Part shown: positions 1 to 12,593 of the stretch, in pieces
Layout of the letters: each line of letters starts with the position of its first letter
Position numbering within the stretch: the stretch's first letter is position 1
Source: Octopus vulgaris
Lineage: Eukaryota
Assembly: GCA_951406725.2 (NCBI GenBank)
Contig: OX597826.1
Coordinates: forward strand, 35,960,001-36,024,000
Direction of reading: 5' to 3'
Length of the DNA stretch: 64,000 nucleotides
Made by a program: the position numbers and the translations under genes
Notes under the pieces: model-generated
The model's database searches: none
What the model saw: the letters and a program-made list of their open reading frames with translations, nothing else
What the model was told of the DNA's origin: nothing

Positions 1-584
1 TGAATAAAATTTGTTAAAAAAAGCTTCTACTCAAGTAAAATTCTCACCCAAAAGTTTTCAGAATTGCCGATATAGCCAGGGAGGGAAAGATTTTCAATTT
101 AGTTGTATTTAGCATAATTTCATTTATGATTAGATTTAATTAAACTTTCAATAAATAAAAATAATTTCTATTTAACAGGTATCACATTGAAAGCTATTAA
201 ATTACAAAATGTTTATGTTGTTTATAATAAACTTTATTTTACATTTCTTGCCCACAAGAGATTATGTCTGATCTTTAGCATATTGCTGTATGTCTTCTCA
301 AATCACGATCACAGGACAAGTTGATAAGAATTACCAGCAAAAACAAATCTGATAAATACACACAGGTGTTGCAAATTAAGTTTAATTACTAATAAACATC
401 AGCTTGGATGACACTTTACTCTACTAAAAAAGGAAGGTGACCAATCAGATTGATTATGTAAACAGAATTCTTTTCCACCTATTCTTGTGGGAACCTTCGA
501 TATGGAGTACCAAACTTTTAATCCCTTTCACACTTATAAAATGTTAAGCAAACTAAAAAAATTGTCATTACCATTATTGTCAGT

Positions 585-760
585 ATAGGCAGAACTTATG
601 AATCGTTTACTGCAAAGGAGAAATTGAATATGTCAAACATGCATTTGAACGTGACAATAGAGCTGTCAGAATGCATTATAATGTTAATGGAGCCAATGTT
701 CGAAATCGGCGTAAACAGTATAACAAACTTAAAACTGTGCCTAGTAATAAACAGATAGAA
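585..760 (+). pseudogene. Relic of pogo-type transposase N-terminal HTH (Brinker-DBD-like)
   Basis: Translation with one frameshift gives RTYESFTAKEKL/YVKHAFERDNRAVRMHYNVNGANVRNRRKQYNKLK. This resembles the R..Y.A.FKL.V...A....NRAA.R.F.V.E.NVR.WRKQ pattern of pogo/POGK. Confidence 0.6.
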
Positions 761-785
761 ATAAAAACATACATAAATAATGTTA

Positions 786-890
786 TAAGTTCAACCTCGG
801 TGGAATTTCAACTCAGAAGAGTGTAGCAGCAGATGAAATACTGCTTAGCATTTTGCCCAGTGTGCTAAGGATTCCACCAGCTTGCTGCCT
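786..890 (-). mobile_element. SINE family B, 5' part
   Basis: Matches the copies at 34772-34976 and 41346-41557 (GGTGGAATTTGAACTCAG, B-box-like GAGTTCAAATTCC). Confidence 0.75.
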
Positions 891-999
891 TAATAATAAT
901 AATGATGATGATGATGATGATGATGGTGATGGTGATGATGATGATGATGACGATGATGATGAGAAGGAGGAAGAGGAGGAGAAGAAGAAGGAAAAAGAA

Positions 1000-1236
1000 G
1001 AAAGTAAATGATACTGGATCATAGATATAGCATGCCCAGCTGACAACAAGGTATACAATAGGGAAGAAAGAAAAGTTGAGAAATATGACAGGTTAGCTTG
1101 AGAAGTTAAGCAATTGTGGTCAATGAAAAAGGGGGTAGTAGTATCAATAATTGTTGGAGCGCTGGGAACAGAGAGCAAAAATCTTGAGAAGTACATGGAG
1201 CAAATAGAGGCTGCAATAAGAGTGGAACACTTGCAG
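1000..1236 (+). mobile_element. R4/Dong-type non-LTR retrotransposon, restriction-like endonuclease C-terminal fragment
   Basis: Translates as WIIDIACPADNKVYNREERKVEKYDRLA*EVKQLWSMKK..VSIIVGALG, with an in-frame stop. A sister copy lies at 58638-59020. Confidence 0.85.
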
Positions 1237-1323
1237 TGGAATTTGAACTCTGAATTTAGTGACAGGCAAAACACCGCTAAGCGTTTCGTCCAGCATGCTA
1301 ACGATTCTGCCACCTCGCCACCT

Positions 1324-1324
<1 letters not shown>
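1237..1324 (-). mobile_element. SINE family B head
   Basis: Reverse complement begins AAGGTGGCGAGGTGGCAGAATCGTTAGCA, shared with other family B copies. Confidence 0.75.
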
Positions 1325-1365
<41 letters not shown>

Positions 1366-2094
1366 CGATGATAATATTATTATTATCATATTGTTAGAAT
1401 GGTTTTCCATGATATTTTTACTGCATCACCAATGAGTAAAGTTTTCTGTTTTCTTGTGATGAGGTGATGATATCACATGGAATGATATGATTATATCACA
1501 TAGAAATTTCACAAAGAGTTACTGATGCTAATCAATGCAAAACTAGTTGGTTAGTTTATTTTTTGCTTTGTTTTTACTTCTTATGAAGAACTGTGTAATA
1601 CATAGTTATGTTTAAATACCAAAACTATAAAAGATATGTATTTGTTCTTTTTCCTTTTTTTTTCCTTTTTGCATAAATTTTATCACATATTCCCCATTGC
1701 TTTTGTCACATATAAAGATGGAAGTGATTTAGTGTTTAGAAAATGTAGCAAATATTTTTAAAGCGATTATCCTGACTTTATCTGTTGTTCCTAATCTTTG
1801 AGATAAAGTATATGAAGGAATGGTACGGAAATGGAGGAAACGTTCTAGAATAAATCAACAACAGTGAAATATTCTTGTAAGGAGGTAAAATCATAAAAGT
1901 AGACATGAAATATTCAGAGTGTGAATGTGTGAATGATGGGAAAAAAAAGGCTTGCAGCTGAGACCTCCTCCATTTTAATACTTGCAGATGCATTGTGGGT
2001 AAACATATTTAAAGTGGCAAGTATATCATTAGCTAGATGGCTTATATGTGTACATATATATGTATGTAAATATATATATATATATATATATATA

Positions 2095-2232
2095 TCATCC
2101 TCATCATCGTTTAACATCCGTTTTCCATGCTGGCATGGGTTGGACAAGTGTAGTAGGCGATTTTTATGTGCCACCGGCATGGGAGCCAGTCACACGGCAC
2201 TGGCATTAGGCCACATCCGGATGTTGCTTTTT
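2095..2232 (-). mobile_element. Family C repeat 3' end with (GAT)n tail
   Basis: CATCATCGTTTAACATCCGTTTTCCATGCTGGCATGGGTTGGAC recurs about ten times in the window. Confidence 0.7.
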
Positions 2233-2291
2233 ACATACTTTTATGTATATATATATAGATATATATATACACACAGTTATATATATATATA

Positions 2292-3244
2292 TACAAAATT
2301 AGGAAAAATGACCACTAAAGTGGACACCTAATATGCTAAACATAGACATCAAATCGCCATTACCATGAAGAATATGTTCTCAAGAAAAATCTCAGCAAAA
2401 CGCCAAATGTAAAAATGAGCAAGACAAATGAAAATATATGAAATAAAAAAACCATTACCTACGTACCAATGGTTTCACTTGTTAATATCTATGTTTGCAA
2501 ACACGCAGAAACCTGCAAGATCATCAGTGTAGTCTGTTGCTTACAAAACACAATTTCCAGAACTAGATACAGAACGCTCAACCAAAATCGAGTATGTATA
2601 AAGTTCTACAAATTATATTTGGGTGTATTTTTCAAATGCCTTCACTTTGACATGCTAAGGCCGGAAATTACTCTGCAGTTAATAAATTTCAGCAGCCAAT
2701 TTGCCAGTTAGAGAACATTTTTCTATTTAAAATTAAATAATAAGGGTAGAAATTGATATTAATCAATTAAAACCATTGGCTTTGCATATTTAAAAAATCA
2801 GAAGATTAAAAATTGTGTTACATACAAAATTAAGAGGAATGACCACTAAAGTGGACACCTAATATGCTAAACATAGACGTCAAATTGCCATTACCTGAAG
2901 AATGTGTTTTCAAGAAAAATCTGCTGATGATCTTGCAGATATCTGCGTGTTTGCATACGTAAATATTAACAAGTGAAACTATTGGTACGTAGGTAATCGT
3001 TTTTTATTTCATATATTTTCATTTGTCTAGCTCAATTTTACATTTTGGTGTTTTGCTGAAATTTTTCTTGAGAACACTTTCTTTGTTGTAATGGCAATTT
3101 GACGTCTATATTTAGCATATTAGGTATCCACTTTAGTGGTCATCCCTCTTAATTTTGTATGTAACACAATCTTTAATCTTAGGAGTTTTTAAATATGCTA
3201 AGCCACTGGTTTTAATTGATTAATATCATTTCTACCTTTATTAT

Positions 3245-3252
<8 letters not shown>
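2292..3252. mobile_element. PLE pseudo-LTR array (tandem plus inverted copy) in (TA)n
   Basis: Direct repeat of period 531 bp (2292 vs 2823), then an inverted copy at 2923-3252. Hammerhead cores occur in both orientations, and TA tracts flank both sides. Confidence 0.8.
2459..2532 (-). ncRNA. Type I hammerhead ribozyme motif with branched stem II
   Basis: Minus strand reads CTACA-CTGATGA-TCTTG...CAAGT-GAAA-CC-ATT-GG-TA-CGTAG. A second copy lies on + at 2924-2992. Confidence 0.65.
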
Positions 3253-3320
<68 letters not shown>

Positions 3321-4318
3321 GTATATATATATATAATAATAATATTAGGGAGTAAATCCAAACTTACAGGGAAAAATTAGATTTAGGATTAAATCTAATT
3401 TTATAGTATAAATATATATATTTATTTATATTAAATTAGAGATAAAACCACTATAAGGCAAATCAAACAGTGAAAATCATAAACCAATACATAGAAATAA
3501 AATTAATTAATAAAAAATATATATAGAATATAAAATTCAAAATTCAAAATTATTTAAATTTAAAGTTAAAATTTATATATATATATATATCATCATCATC
3601 ATCGTTTAACATCCGTTTTCTGCGCTAGCACGGGTTATATTTACATCTATATATATCTGTGTGTGTGTACATCTATATATATATATATCTGTATGTGTAC
3701 CTCTAAATATATATATACACACACACACACATGAATATTCACGCTCACATATATAGCATACATATGTACATATTGAAGAACAGATTCAACAGGTCATTGA
3801 GACATATTTCCACTTATATATACAAGCCTATGCTGTCAACATGTTTGCTTTGAAGCCATATGATATGAGGTTTTGTACTACTGCATAGTACTTATAGGTT
3901 GTGCCTCTTCTGCATAGACCTAAGCTAACAAATGCCATGAGTTGGAAACCGGTGGATGAAACAATGCAGGAACCCATTATGTATACATACATATTTACAC
4001 ACACCCACATGCACACACACACACACACAAAGTTTAATATCATTTAATATCATTTGCGTAATAACTTTGTAGCTTGCTTTGCAAAGCTGTTCTTCTGTTA
4101 ACTGCCACCAGATGTTATCATGTATACTGTAATGTAACATTCAGCAACTAATAGCTGATAATGCTGTAGGTGATGACAATGATGATGATGTTAATGATGG
4201 TGACAATGGTGGTGACGGTAACGGGGGCAGTGGTGGTAAGGATCATGATGACGACGACGACAACGACACTGATGATGTTGGAGGTGGTTACGAAGGCAAG
4301 GGGAGTAAGCGAGTATGG

Positions 4319-4536
<218 letters not shown>

Positions 4537-4947
4537 CTATTGATGAAATTAGCCTGTATCTATTTTCTCCTATAAATAACATCAAACTTGCCAACGGTAA
4601 AAATGACTTTGGCAATCCATTATACATGCATTATTTGTTAGCTTGAGGATTTTTACAAGACATTCTGCATATTCATACATTTCTTTCAAAGCCTAAACAC
4701 TACATATGCACTTGTATGTGGTGCTGTATTTATCGATGGAGTTATTCATATACAGCAATATCATGAATTATAAATATGAATATTAATTTCATGGCTCTCA
4801 TTATGCATACATGTTCATTCAAATGTAAAACGAGCGCTGTAGGTGCATGTGTGTGTGTGTGTGTGTGTGGGCATGTATATTTATATACATATACCATACA
4901 TAGATATATAACATATATAGATATGAATACCTTTATGCACACATGCA

Positions 4948-4993
<46 letters not shown>

Positions 4994-5154
4994 ATTTGCA
5001 TATATATATATTATATTTAAATATATATTTTTATGCATACATATAAATATATATACACACATATATATATATTATATATCTATACATATATTATATATTT
5101 ATCATATATATGTATATATATATATATATATGTATATCTATATATAAATATATA

Positions 5155-5189
<35 letters not shown>

Positions 5190-6038
5190 ATATATATATA
5201 CTAGACATATATATACATATATATACACATATATACATATATATATATACACACATGCATATACATATACATTCACACACATACACACACATAGCAAACT
5301 CACATATACAAATATCAATGTAGGAATAATAATGTTATATATAGACAGATGCACATACACACATGCATGTGCACTCATACTTCCATACACAGAAACACAT
5401 ACATACACACATAGGGCTTTCGACCCTGAGTTTGTAGCTGCACTCCTTCATCAATGCAGTGTGCTGTGTCCATGGCAATAGACAGCCATTTCAAGTTGTT
5501 TCAAATATTTTACCAAAAATGAACAGTAGCAACAGTTGTGCAAGTTCAACCCTGAAACATGCCAGGATCCCATTCGAGGGTGGGTGCCATATACTCTCAG
5601 TTGAGGAATTAGGATGAACTGTAGTTTGATGGGATATAAACCAGCAGACTGAGACAAACTTCATCTTTTATTCAACATTTAACCATTTTGGCATTTTTGC
5701 AGTCATTGCTCTCCCTCCCTCCCTAATCCCTCTTACTCTCTCTCTCTTTGTCTCTCTCTCTCTCTCTTTGTCTCTCTCTCTCTCTCTTTGTCTCTCTCTC
5801 TCTCTCTCTCTCTCCCTTTCTCCTTGATCATCTGAAAGAATTTTTTCATCTTAGGTTGGTATCTGTCTCTCTACAATCTGTGTATAAGACATACAATAGA
5901 GAAAATCCTCCTGCCTTCATTCAAGACACTTTCTCTTTTAAAAACCACGGCAGAAAACTCCCTTGTGTGCACCCTCAAGTGTGATTAGGAAGCAGGACTT
6001 TCTCTTTAGTGTTGGAGTCACAAGAAATTTTATATATA

Positions 6039-6249
6039 TACTCTTTACTCTTTTATTTGTTTCAGTCATTTGGAACACCATGCTGGAACACTGCCTTTAA
6101 TCGAGCAAATCGACCCGGGACTTATTCTTTGTAAGCCCAGTACTTATTCTATCGGTCTCTTTTGCTGAACCGCTAAGTTACGGGTATGTAAACACACCAA
6201 CATCGGTTGTCAAGCAATGCTAGGGGGACAAACACAGACACACAAACAT

Positions 6250-6280
<31 letters not shown>

Positions 6281-6443
6281 CGACAGGCTTCTTTCAGTTT
6301 CCGTCTACCAAATCCATTCACAAGGCCTTGGTCATCCCGAGGCTATAGTAGAAGACACTTGGCCAAGATGCCACGCAGTGGGACTGAACCCGGAACCATG
6401 TGGTTGGTAAGCTAGCTACTTACCACACAGCCACTCCTGCACC
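6039..6443 (-). mobile_element. Full-length tRNA-derived SINE family A
   Basis: A box TGGCTGTGTGG, B box GGTTCAGTCCC, internal (TA/CA)n and AAAGAGT tail. Many copies in the window. Confidence 0.9.
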
Positions 6444-7505
6444 TATATACATATATATATATATATATATATGATGATGATGATGATATATATATATATA
6501 TATATATATAACTTGTCTCCATTTTTTTTTACCCAATAGGAATTATCGTGAATGAGTAATGATTTCCTTGTGTTCATAATTACATTGGTATCACTATTTA
6601 TTATAGTGACATATGTCTCACTAAATTTAAGTGCCTTATACTTATGCATGCAGAAGCACACACATATTTACTTATACATACAATCTATAACAGATACATA
6701 TACCAAATTCAATCCTAAGTCATTGGTATGTCCTTGGTTTTTGTAGAAGACACTTGCCCAAGATGCTGATTGCACCTGAAATTAACTGATTGCAAACCAC
6801 GTATTTTAAACACACTTGTGACTTCACCTGTTGTAAAATTTCAACAAAACAAAAATTCTATTGAGTGCATATTAAATCCATGTGTCGTCTATGTCTCTCT
6901 GATTTTATCTTTAACAACTCTTTGAATTTGTTAAGATTACATCTTGAAGGAGATTATTGTGAACATAATTCTTTAGGGTGCCATACAAGCACTAACTCTT
7001 TTTTTTTATGTATTAGAAAGTAACACAAACTATTTGTGCGTTTGCAGTGATAATTAACCTGATCTTAATTTTTTAATGAGTTCACCATTGCCATAGAGAG
7101 TGTTGTTGATTCTTGCAATGCCTTCATTTTAGTTTCTACGAACAAAAAGATTAGTCCTATCGCTTTAACATATTAAAATTCTTTCATTGATTTTTCCAGA
7201 CCCTGTAGATCTTGTTTAAGATTCTTGTTAAGTACATTTCAGTCGTTGTATTTATATATATTTGTTTATTGGTTTCACACTTGAATACGTTAGCAGTTTG
7301 TTCTCAAATTTTATTACACTTTTTATCACTAAGCATCTCCAGAGACTAAAGAGTTCAACCTTCATTCCGTTTCGGTGTATTTTCCTTTTAGGTGAAAGAC
7401 TGCACCGAGATTTACGAATGTACTCATTTGATCTGTAATCTAAAGTTTACTTTCAGTTGTTAAGAAACTTGTCTTACGTACCTTATATAAAAAATTTGAA
7501 TACAT

Positions 7506-7558
<53 letters not shown>

Positions 7559-7567
7559 AATTACATA

Positions 7568-7652
<85 letters not shown>

Positions 7653-7744
7653 GTGTGTGAGTCGTCTAAGAGACCATAGTCAGGGAAAAGGAAGCACTCG
7701 TATATCTGTCAGTAGAGTGGGTATCTTATTCAAAATGTATATTA

Positions 7745-7905
7745 ATGTTGTTTCTTTTAATATTTCCCTTGATATAGATGGGTAGAAGTCTAGTATATCA
7801 AATTGGTTAAAACTAGCTCTGCCCCTACTGCTATTGGCCTTTAACCATGTAATGACTTCGTTGGTGTTGCGACATAGGGTAAGGTCAGAGGCGTTTCTAA
7901 TGCTG
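7745..7905 (-). mobile_element. PLE reverse-transcriptase fragment (Naiad-like)
   Basis: SIRNASDLTLCRNTNEVITWLKANSSRGRASFNQFDILDFYPSISREILKE matches the PLE RT motif W.NT..VI.WF...F.QFDI..FYPSI. Confidence 0.8.
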
Positions 7906-7934
7906 TTACTGATACATTTCAGATAATATATATA

Positions 7935-8000
<66 letters not shown>

Positions 8001-8579
8001 TATATATTAGAAGAAATGAGGTACTCAGAAAATCGGATGGTTTATATTTACAGATATTTATTTGTATATTACATTTTTTATACATCATATAACATAGATC
8101 ATGTATTAGCGCTTTCTCCCATTCTAGTGGGGTTTTCAAATCAAAGTAAGTTTGATATATATATATACACATGTATTTATATACATGCTTATACACACAC
8201 ACACACACACACACATGCATGTATATTAGATTAAATACACAAGTGAAAGAACTACTAAATATTTTCATGCTGTTACGATATTTGAACAGGCATATTTATA
8301 AACTACACCATGCATGTTAAAGCAATCTTTCTGTGACTGTGTCCATGCTGGGACAACCACCTTGAAGTCGAATGAATCAAGATTTTTTTATCTTAGTCAA
8401 TCTATTTTGCCAACCACCACCCCCTCACACACACATACTTTATGCTGCTCATATTCAAAACATCCAAAGAAATTTTAACCAGCTTGTAGAGATGAGAGTT
8501 AGTGACAGGAAAAGCATCCATCTCTAAGAAATTTGCCTCATCAAATATTGCTTGTGTGTGTGTGAGTGTGAAAGCACAC

Positions 8580-8858
8580 AGCCTAGTTAGGTATGTTGTA
8601 CTCATAACTGTGAAATCGTAACTTCAATTCCAAGACTGGCTGTGCATTGTAATCTTGAGCAAATCTCTTCATTTCACATTGCTCCAGTTCACTCAGGTGT
8701 AAATGTGTCACTCCTTGTGACAAAATAGCATTCTGATCAGGGGAATGCTAGCCAGCTCACATAGCCAGTGTGCTAGCAGTATTTGGAAGCTAAAACAATG
8801 CAAAGTGCATTGTGACTAGTGATAGGTAACAACATTCGATAGTCTGGTCAATCACATG
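8580..8858 (+). mobile_element. SINE family E (tRNA head plus CTTGAGCAAG central domain), decayed
   Basis: CTTGAGCAA...TTTCACATTGCTCCAGTTCACTCAG is shared with 13490-13800, 35010-35262 and 47793-48105. Confidence 0.7.
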
Positions 8859-8880
8859 ATATATATATATATATATATAT

Positions 8881-10640
8881 ATAACTTAGATAACTTAGAT
8901 TCGTTTCGGCCATTATCGGCCCAGGCCATGACTAAGTCAATAGTACCAACTGGAAAACTCTTTTAGTTAATTATTTTGGGACAACAAGGAGCACTCAAGC
9001 AGAGAATTGTTGTTGGTTGAGACATAGCCAGGTGTAGGTGGTTTATCCGGTATTTCTTGGAGGAATTTGTCCAGGTATCATTTAGAGAGTTGTGGGGTCT
9101 TCTACTTTAATTTCTTTTGGGATAACATTGAATAGTGCAGGACCATTTGTAGAGAAGAAATTGTGTTGCAATGTTCTAATGTGATGTGATCTCAACCTTT
9201 ATAGGGGACGCATTGCACGAGAGCCTAGTCCTGGGTGAATTGTAAACATAATACTGATATCATTTGGATAATATTGGTGGTATATTTTCCATATGGTGCA
9301 AATAATGTATTGCTCATGGCGGTGTTGCAGAGAATAGGGCTGTTTAAATCAAGCCCAAAAATCAAGTCCCATTATACCATTTATTTATTCTTTTTTGTGA
9401 CTAATCTTTGTGGTGCTTCGATCCTCATTATGTTTTGTTTTTTGTAGGGAGACCACAATGAGCGGCAGTATTTGAGGTGGGGCCAAGTCATCATCATCAT
9501 TGTTCGATCGTGGTCGAGACAATGGAATTTACTATGTTACGCCAGACTTCATGAGACGAGAAGGATGATGGTTTCATGATCCCTAGATTGAAAAGTTCTG
9601 AGGGTCCATGAGCATATTCTGTGGGCAACATTGACTTTTTTGTTGACGTGCACACTCCAACTAAGGTTGCTATTGACAGTTACACCTAATTCTCTGATAT
9701 TATCTGATGGTTCAAGTAGGTCTCCCGATGGTAGTGTATATGGTTGTTTGAGTGTGCCCTGTCTTCCAAAGTGGATGAGATCAAAGTTTTCTTTGTTCAA
9801 CTGCATATTGGGTTACTGCACATAGGTCCAATTGAAGCATTGTTCGATCATATTCTCTCTTAATGACTTTCTGAAGCTTAGAGTCATCTGCAAATATTTC
9901 TATGTTCAATGGTATCTGCAATGTCATTGATATAGACAATAAAAAGAAGTGGCCCCAGCACAGTACCCTGCGGGACTCCACTGATGACTTTTGCTGGTCT
10001 TGAGTTGGATACCATCAACCACAACATTCTGCGTCCTCTTTGTTAGGAAATACCCAATCCATTGAAGTAGCTTTCCACCGACTCCAGCATTGGATAGTTT
10101 CTTTAACTGTATATTGTGGTCGACTCTATCAAAGGATTTGCTGAAACCAAGGTATATGACATCCGTGTTGGAGCCCTCACTTAGTGTATTTAAGATGTCA
10201 TCAAAGTGGTGGAAGCTGTATTAGACAGTCCCTCCTACCACAAAAGCCATGCTGGTTGCAATTTAGGAGATGATTTTGTTCTAGGAAGGCTGTTATTCTT
10301 GATCTCAACACTCTCTCAAATACTTTTATGATATGTGAGGTGAATGAGATTGGACAGTAATTTACAGGAAGTGATTTATTCCCCTATTTAAAGATAGGAA
10401 CGACTGACTGGGAGAGAAGGTTTTAAGGGGTGAAACTGGCATCTAGTGATTTCCTCTAGAGACTTGCAAGAGGTGCTGCAAGTTGCTTCTGCATTCCTTC
10501 AGCACTCTAGCATGGAACCTGTCCAGACCCACTGCTGAATCAGGTTTGATTTCTTTTATTGCTACTAGGATATCAGTGGCATCGAAGGCTATGTTGAGAA
10601 GGACATGTTGAGGATTCACAGAAGTAAAGCTGCTTGAGTC
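8881..10640 (-). mobile_element. 5'-truncated CR1-clade LINE (RT pseudogene plus 3' UTR)
   Basis: Motifs [42 protein letters not shown] and ELGVTVNSNLSWSVHV..RTFQSRD, with frameshifts. The 3' end has a stem-loop and a (CTAAGTTAT)n tail. Confidence 0.92.
9488..9551 (-). mobile_element. Short retroposon 3' end with (ATG)n tail, inserted in the CR1
   Basis: An inverted near-copy lies at 47457-47520. Confidence 0.7.
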
Positions 10641-10730
10641 AACTGCTTTGGTAGGATTTTTATAGCTGGATGCTCTTCCTAACACCAACTGCTCGGCAGA
10701 TATATGTATGTGTTATTTGGGTGTGTGTGT

Positions 10731-10767
<37 letters not shown>

Positions 10768-10891
10768 TATATTGATAGATAGGTAAGTAGGTAGACAGGC
10801 AGGCACAGAGAGAGAGAGAGACATACAGATGGATAGACCATTTTAAAATATAAATGTAAAATAGATAAAAATAATAAAGATGATGATGATA

Positions 10892-10942
<51 letters not shown>

Positions 10943-11435
10943 CAAATGACAATGGTAATGATGATGGTAATGATGATGGTAATGATGACAAAGCCAAAGA
11001 CGGTGATGACAGTATCTTTGTTGAAAGAAAATGAAAATTTCACTGAAAATCATGACATACTTAAGTCTCCATTACATGCAATTGTCTCTTATGTCTTATC
11101 TATTGTTCTAATGACTGTATCAACCCAACAAACCAGTGTCCCTTTTGCCTTTCTTTTTAGCTCTCCCTCTCTTCCTCTCTTTTTGTCCCCGTTTGCCACA
11201 ACATTACTCTCCCATTCATACTTTTACAAAGCTATCATTCGCTGTTTAAAGCTTCAATGTTTAAATATTAATGATCGGAAATTCCTTTATGGAGTGTTTG
11301 AAAGGATATGAATATGTTTGGTAAAAATCATTGGAAGACATCTATTATCACTGACATAGTTTGAATTAAAGAACTCCCTTCATCATTTGTATCCTAATGT
11401 TCTAAGTACTGTTCTCTGTTTCTACAGAATAATAG

Positions 11436-11480
11436 ATGGCTTCTGTTTTCTTTGATGAACAATTAGGAATAAAAGTAGAA
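11436..11480 (+). CDS. Candidate initial coding exon MASVFFDEQLGIKVE (unverified)
   Basis: Acceptor GTTCTCTGTTTCTACAG at 11427, in-frame stops before an ATG in AGATGG context, donor GAA|GTATGT. No recognisable homology. Confidence 0.2.
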
Positions 11481-11683
11481 GTATGTTTAGGTACAAAGTG
11501 AGATGTATTGAATTAAACTTCATTCAGTATCCTCTCTGTGTGTGTGTGTGTGTGTGTGTACATCCCTAAATATGTATATGTTATGTATGTATTCATTTAT
11601 GGATATGTATTTTGTATTTTCATATATGTATTTATCTATACATATATATCCATATCTATACATTTATATATCTATATATATAT

Positions 11684-12022
11684 ACTCTTTTACTCTTTTA
11701 CTTGTTTCAGTCATTTGACTGCGGCCATGCTGGAGCACCGCCTTTAATCAAGCAACTCGACCCCGGGACTTATTCTTTTGTAAGCCCAGTACTTATCCTA
11801 TCAGTCTCTTTTGCCGAACCACTAAGTAACGGGGACATAAACACACCAGCATCAGTTGTCAAGCAATGCTAGGGGGACAAACACAGACACACAAACACAC
11901 ACACACGCATATATATATACATATATACGATGGGCTTCTTTCAGTTTCCATCTACTAAATCCACTCACAAGGCTTTGGTTGGCCCGAGGCTATAGTAGAA
12001 GAGACTTGCCCAAGGTGCCACG
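11684..12022 (-). mobile_element. SINE family A lacking the tRNA head
   Basis: High similarity to 6039-6443. Confidence 0.88.
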
Positions 12023-12031
12023 ATATATATA

Positions 12032-12129
<98 letters not shown>

Positions 12130-12224
12130 ACATGCACTTATACGTCTATTTCATATTTATGTATGTATGTATATATATGTGTGTATGTGTGTGTGTGTAT
12201 ACACACACACACATCAACAGCAAT

Positions 12225-12512
12225 ATCAAAATCAAATCAAATGGAAATTGTAGTTGTGAGCCCTGTGCTGGTAGCACGCAAAAAGCGCCATCTGATTGTG
12301 ATCAATGCCAACTCCTCAGGCCCCTGTGCCGGTAGCACATAAAAAAGCACCCACTACACTCTTGGAGTGGTTGGTGTTAAGAAGAGCATCGAGATGTATA
12401 AACACTGTCAGATCAGATTGGGGCCTGGTGCAGCCTCCTGGCTTCCCAGACCCCAGTTAAACCGTCCAACCCATGCCAGCATGGAAAACAGATGTTAAAT
12501 GATGATGATGAT
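12225..12512 (+). mobile_element. Family C repeat
   Basis: Ends CCAACCCATGCCAGCATGGAAAACAGATGTTAAATGATGATG. Inverse of 56575-56930. Confidence 0.8.
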
Positions 12513-12519
12513 ATATGTA

Positions 12520-12553
<34 letters not shown>

Positions 12554-12561
12554 TACATACA

Positions 12562-12591
<30 letters not shown>

Positions 12592-12593
<2 letters not shown>

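Noticed and set aside
1007-1020. In-frame TGA shared by two Dong copies (also ~58664) as recoding
   Set aside because: More simply explained by CGA-to-TGA CpG decay or a dead master copy.
7370-7410. CGGTGTA..TGCACCG hairpin and VKDCTEIYE reading
   Set aside because: No hammerhead core and no good donor. A short chance match.
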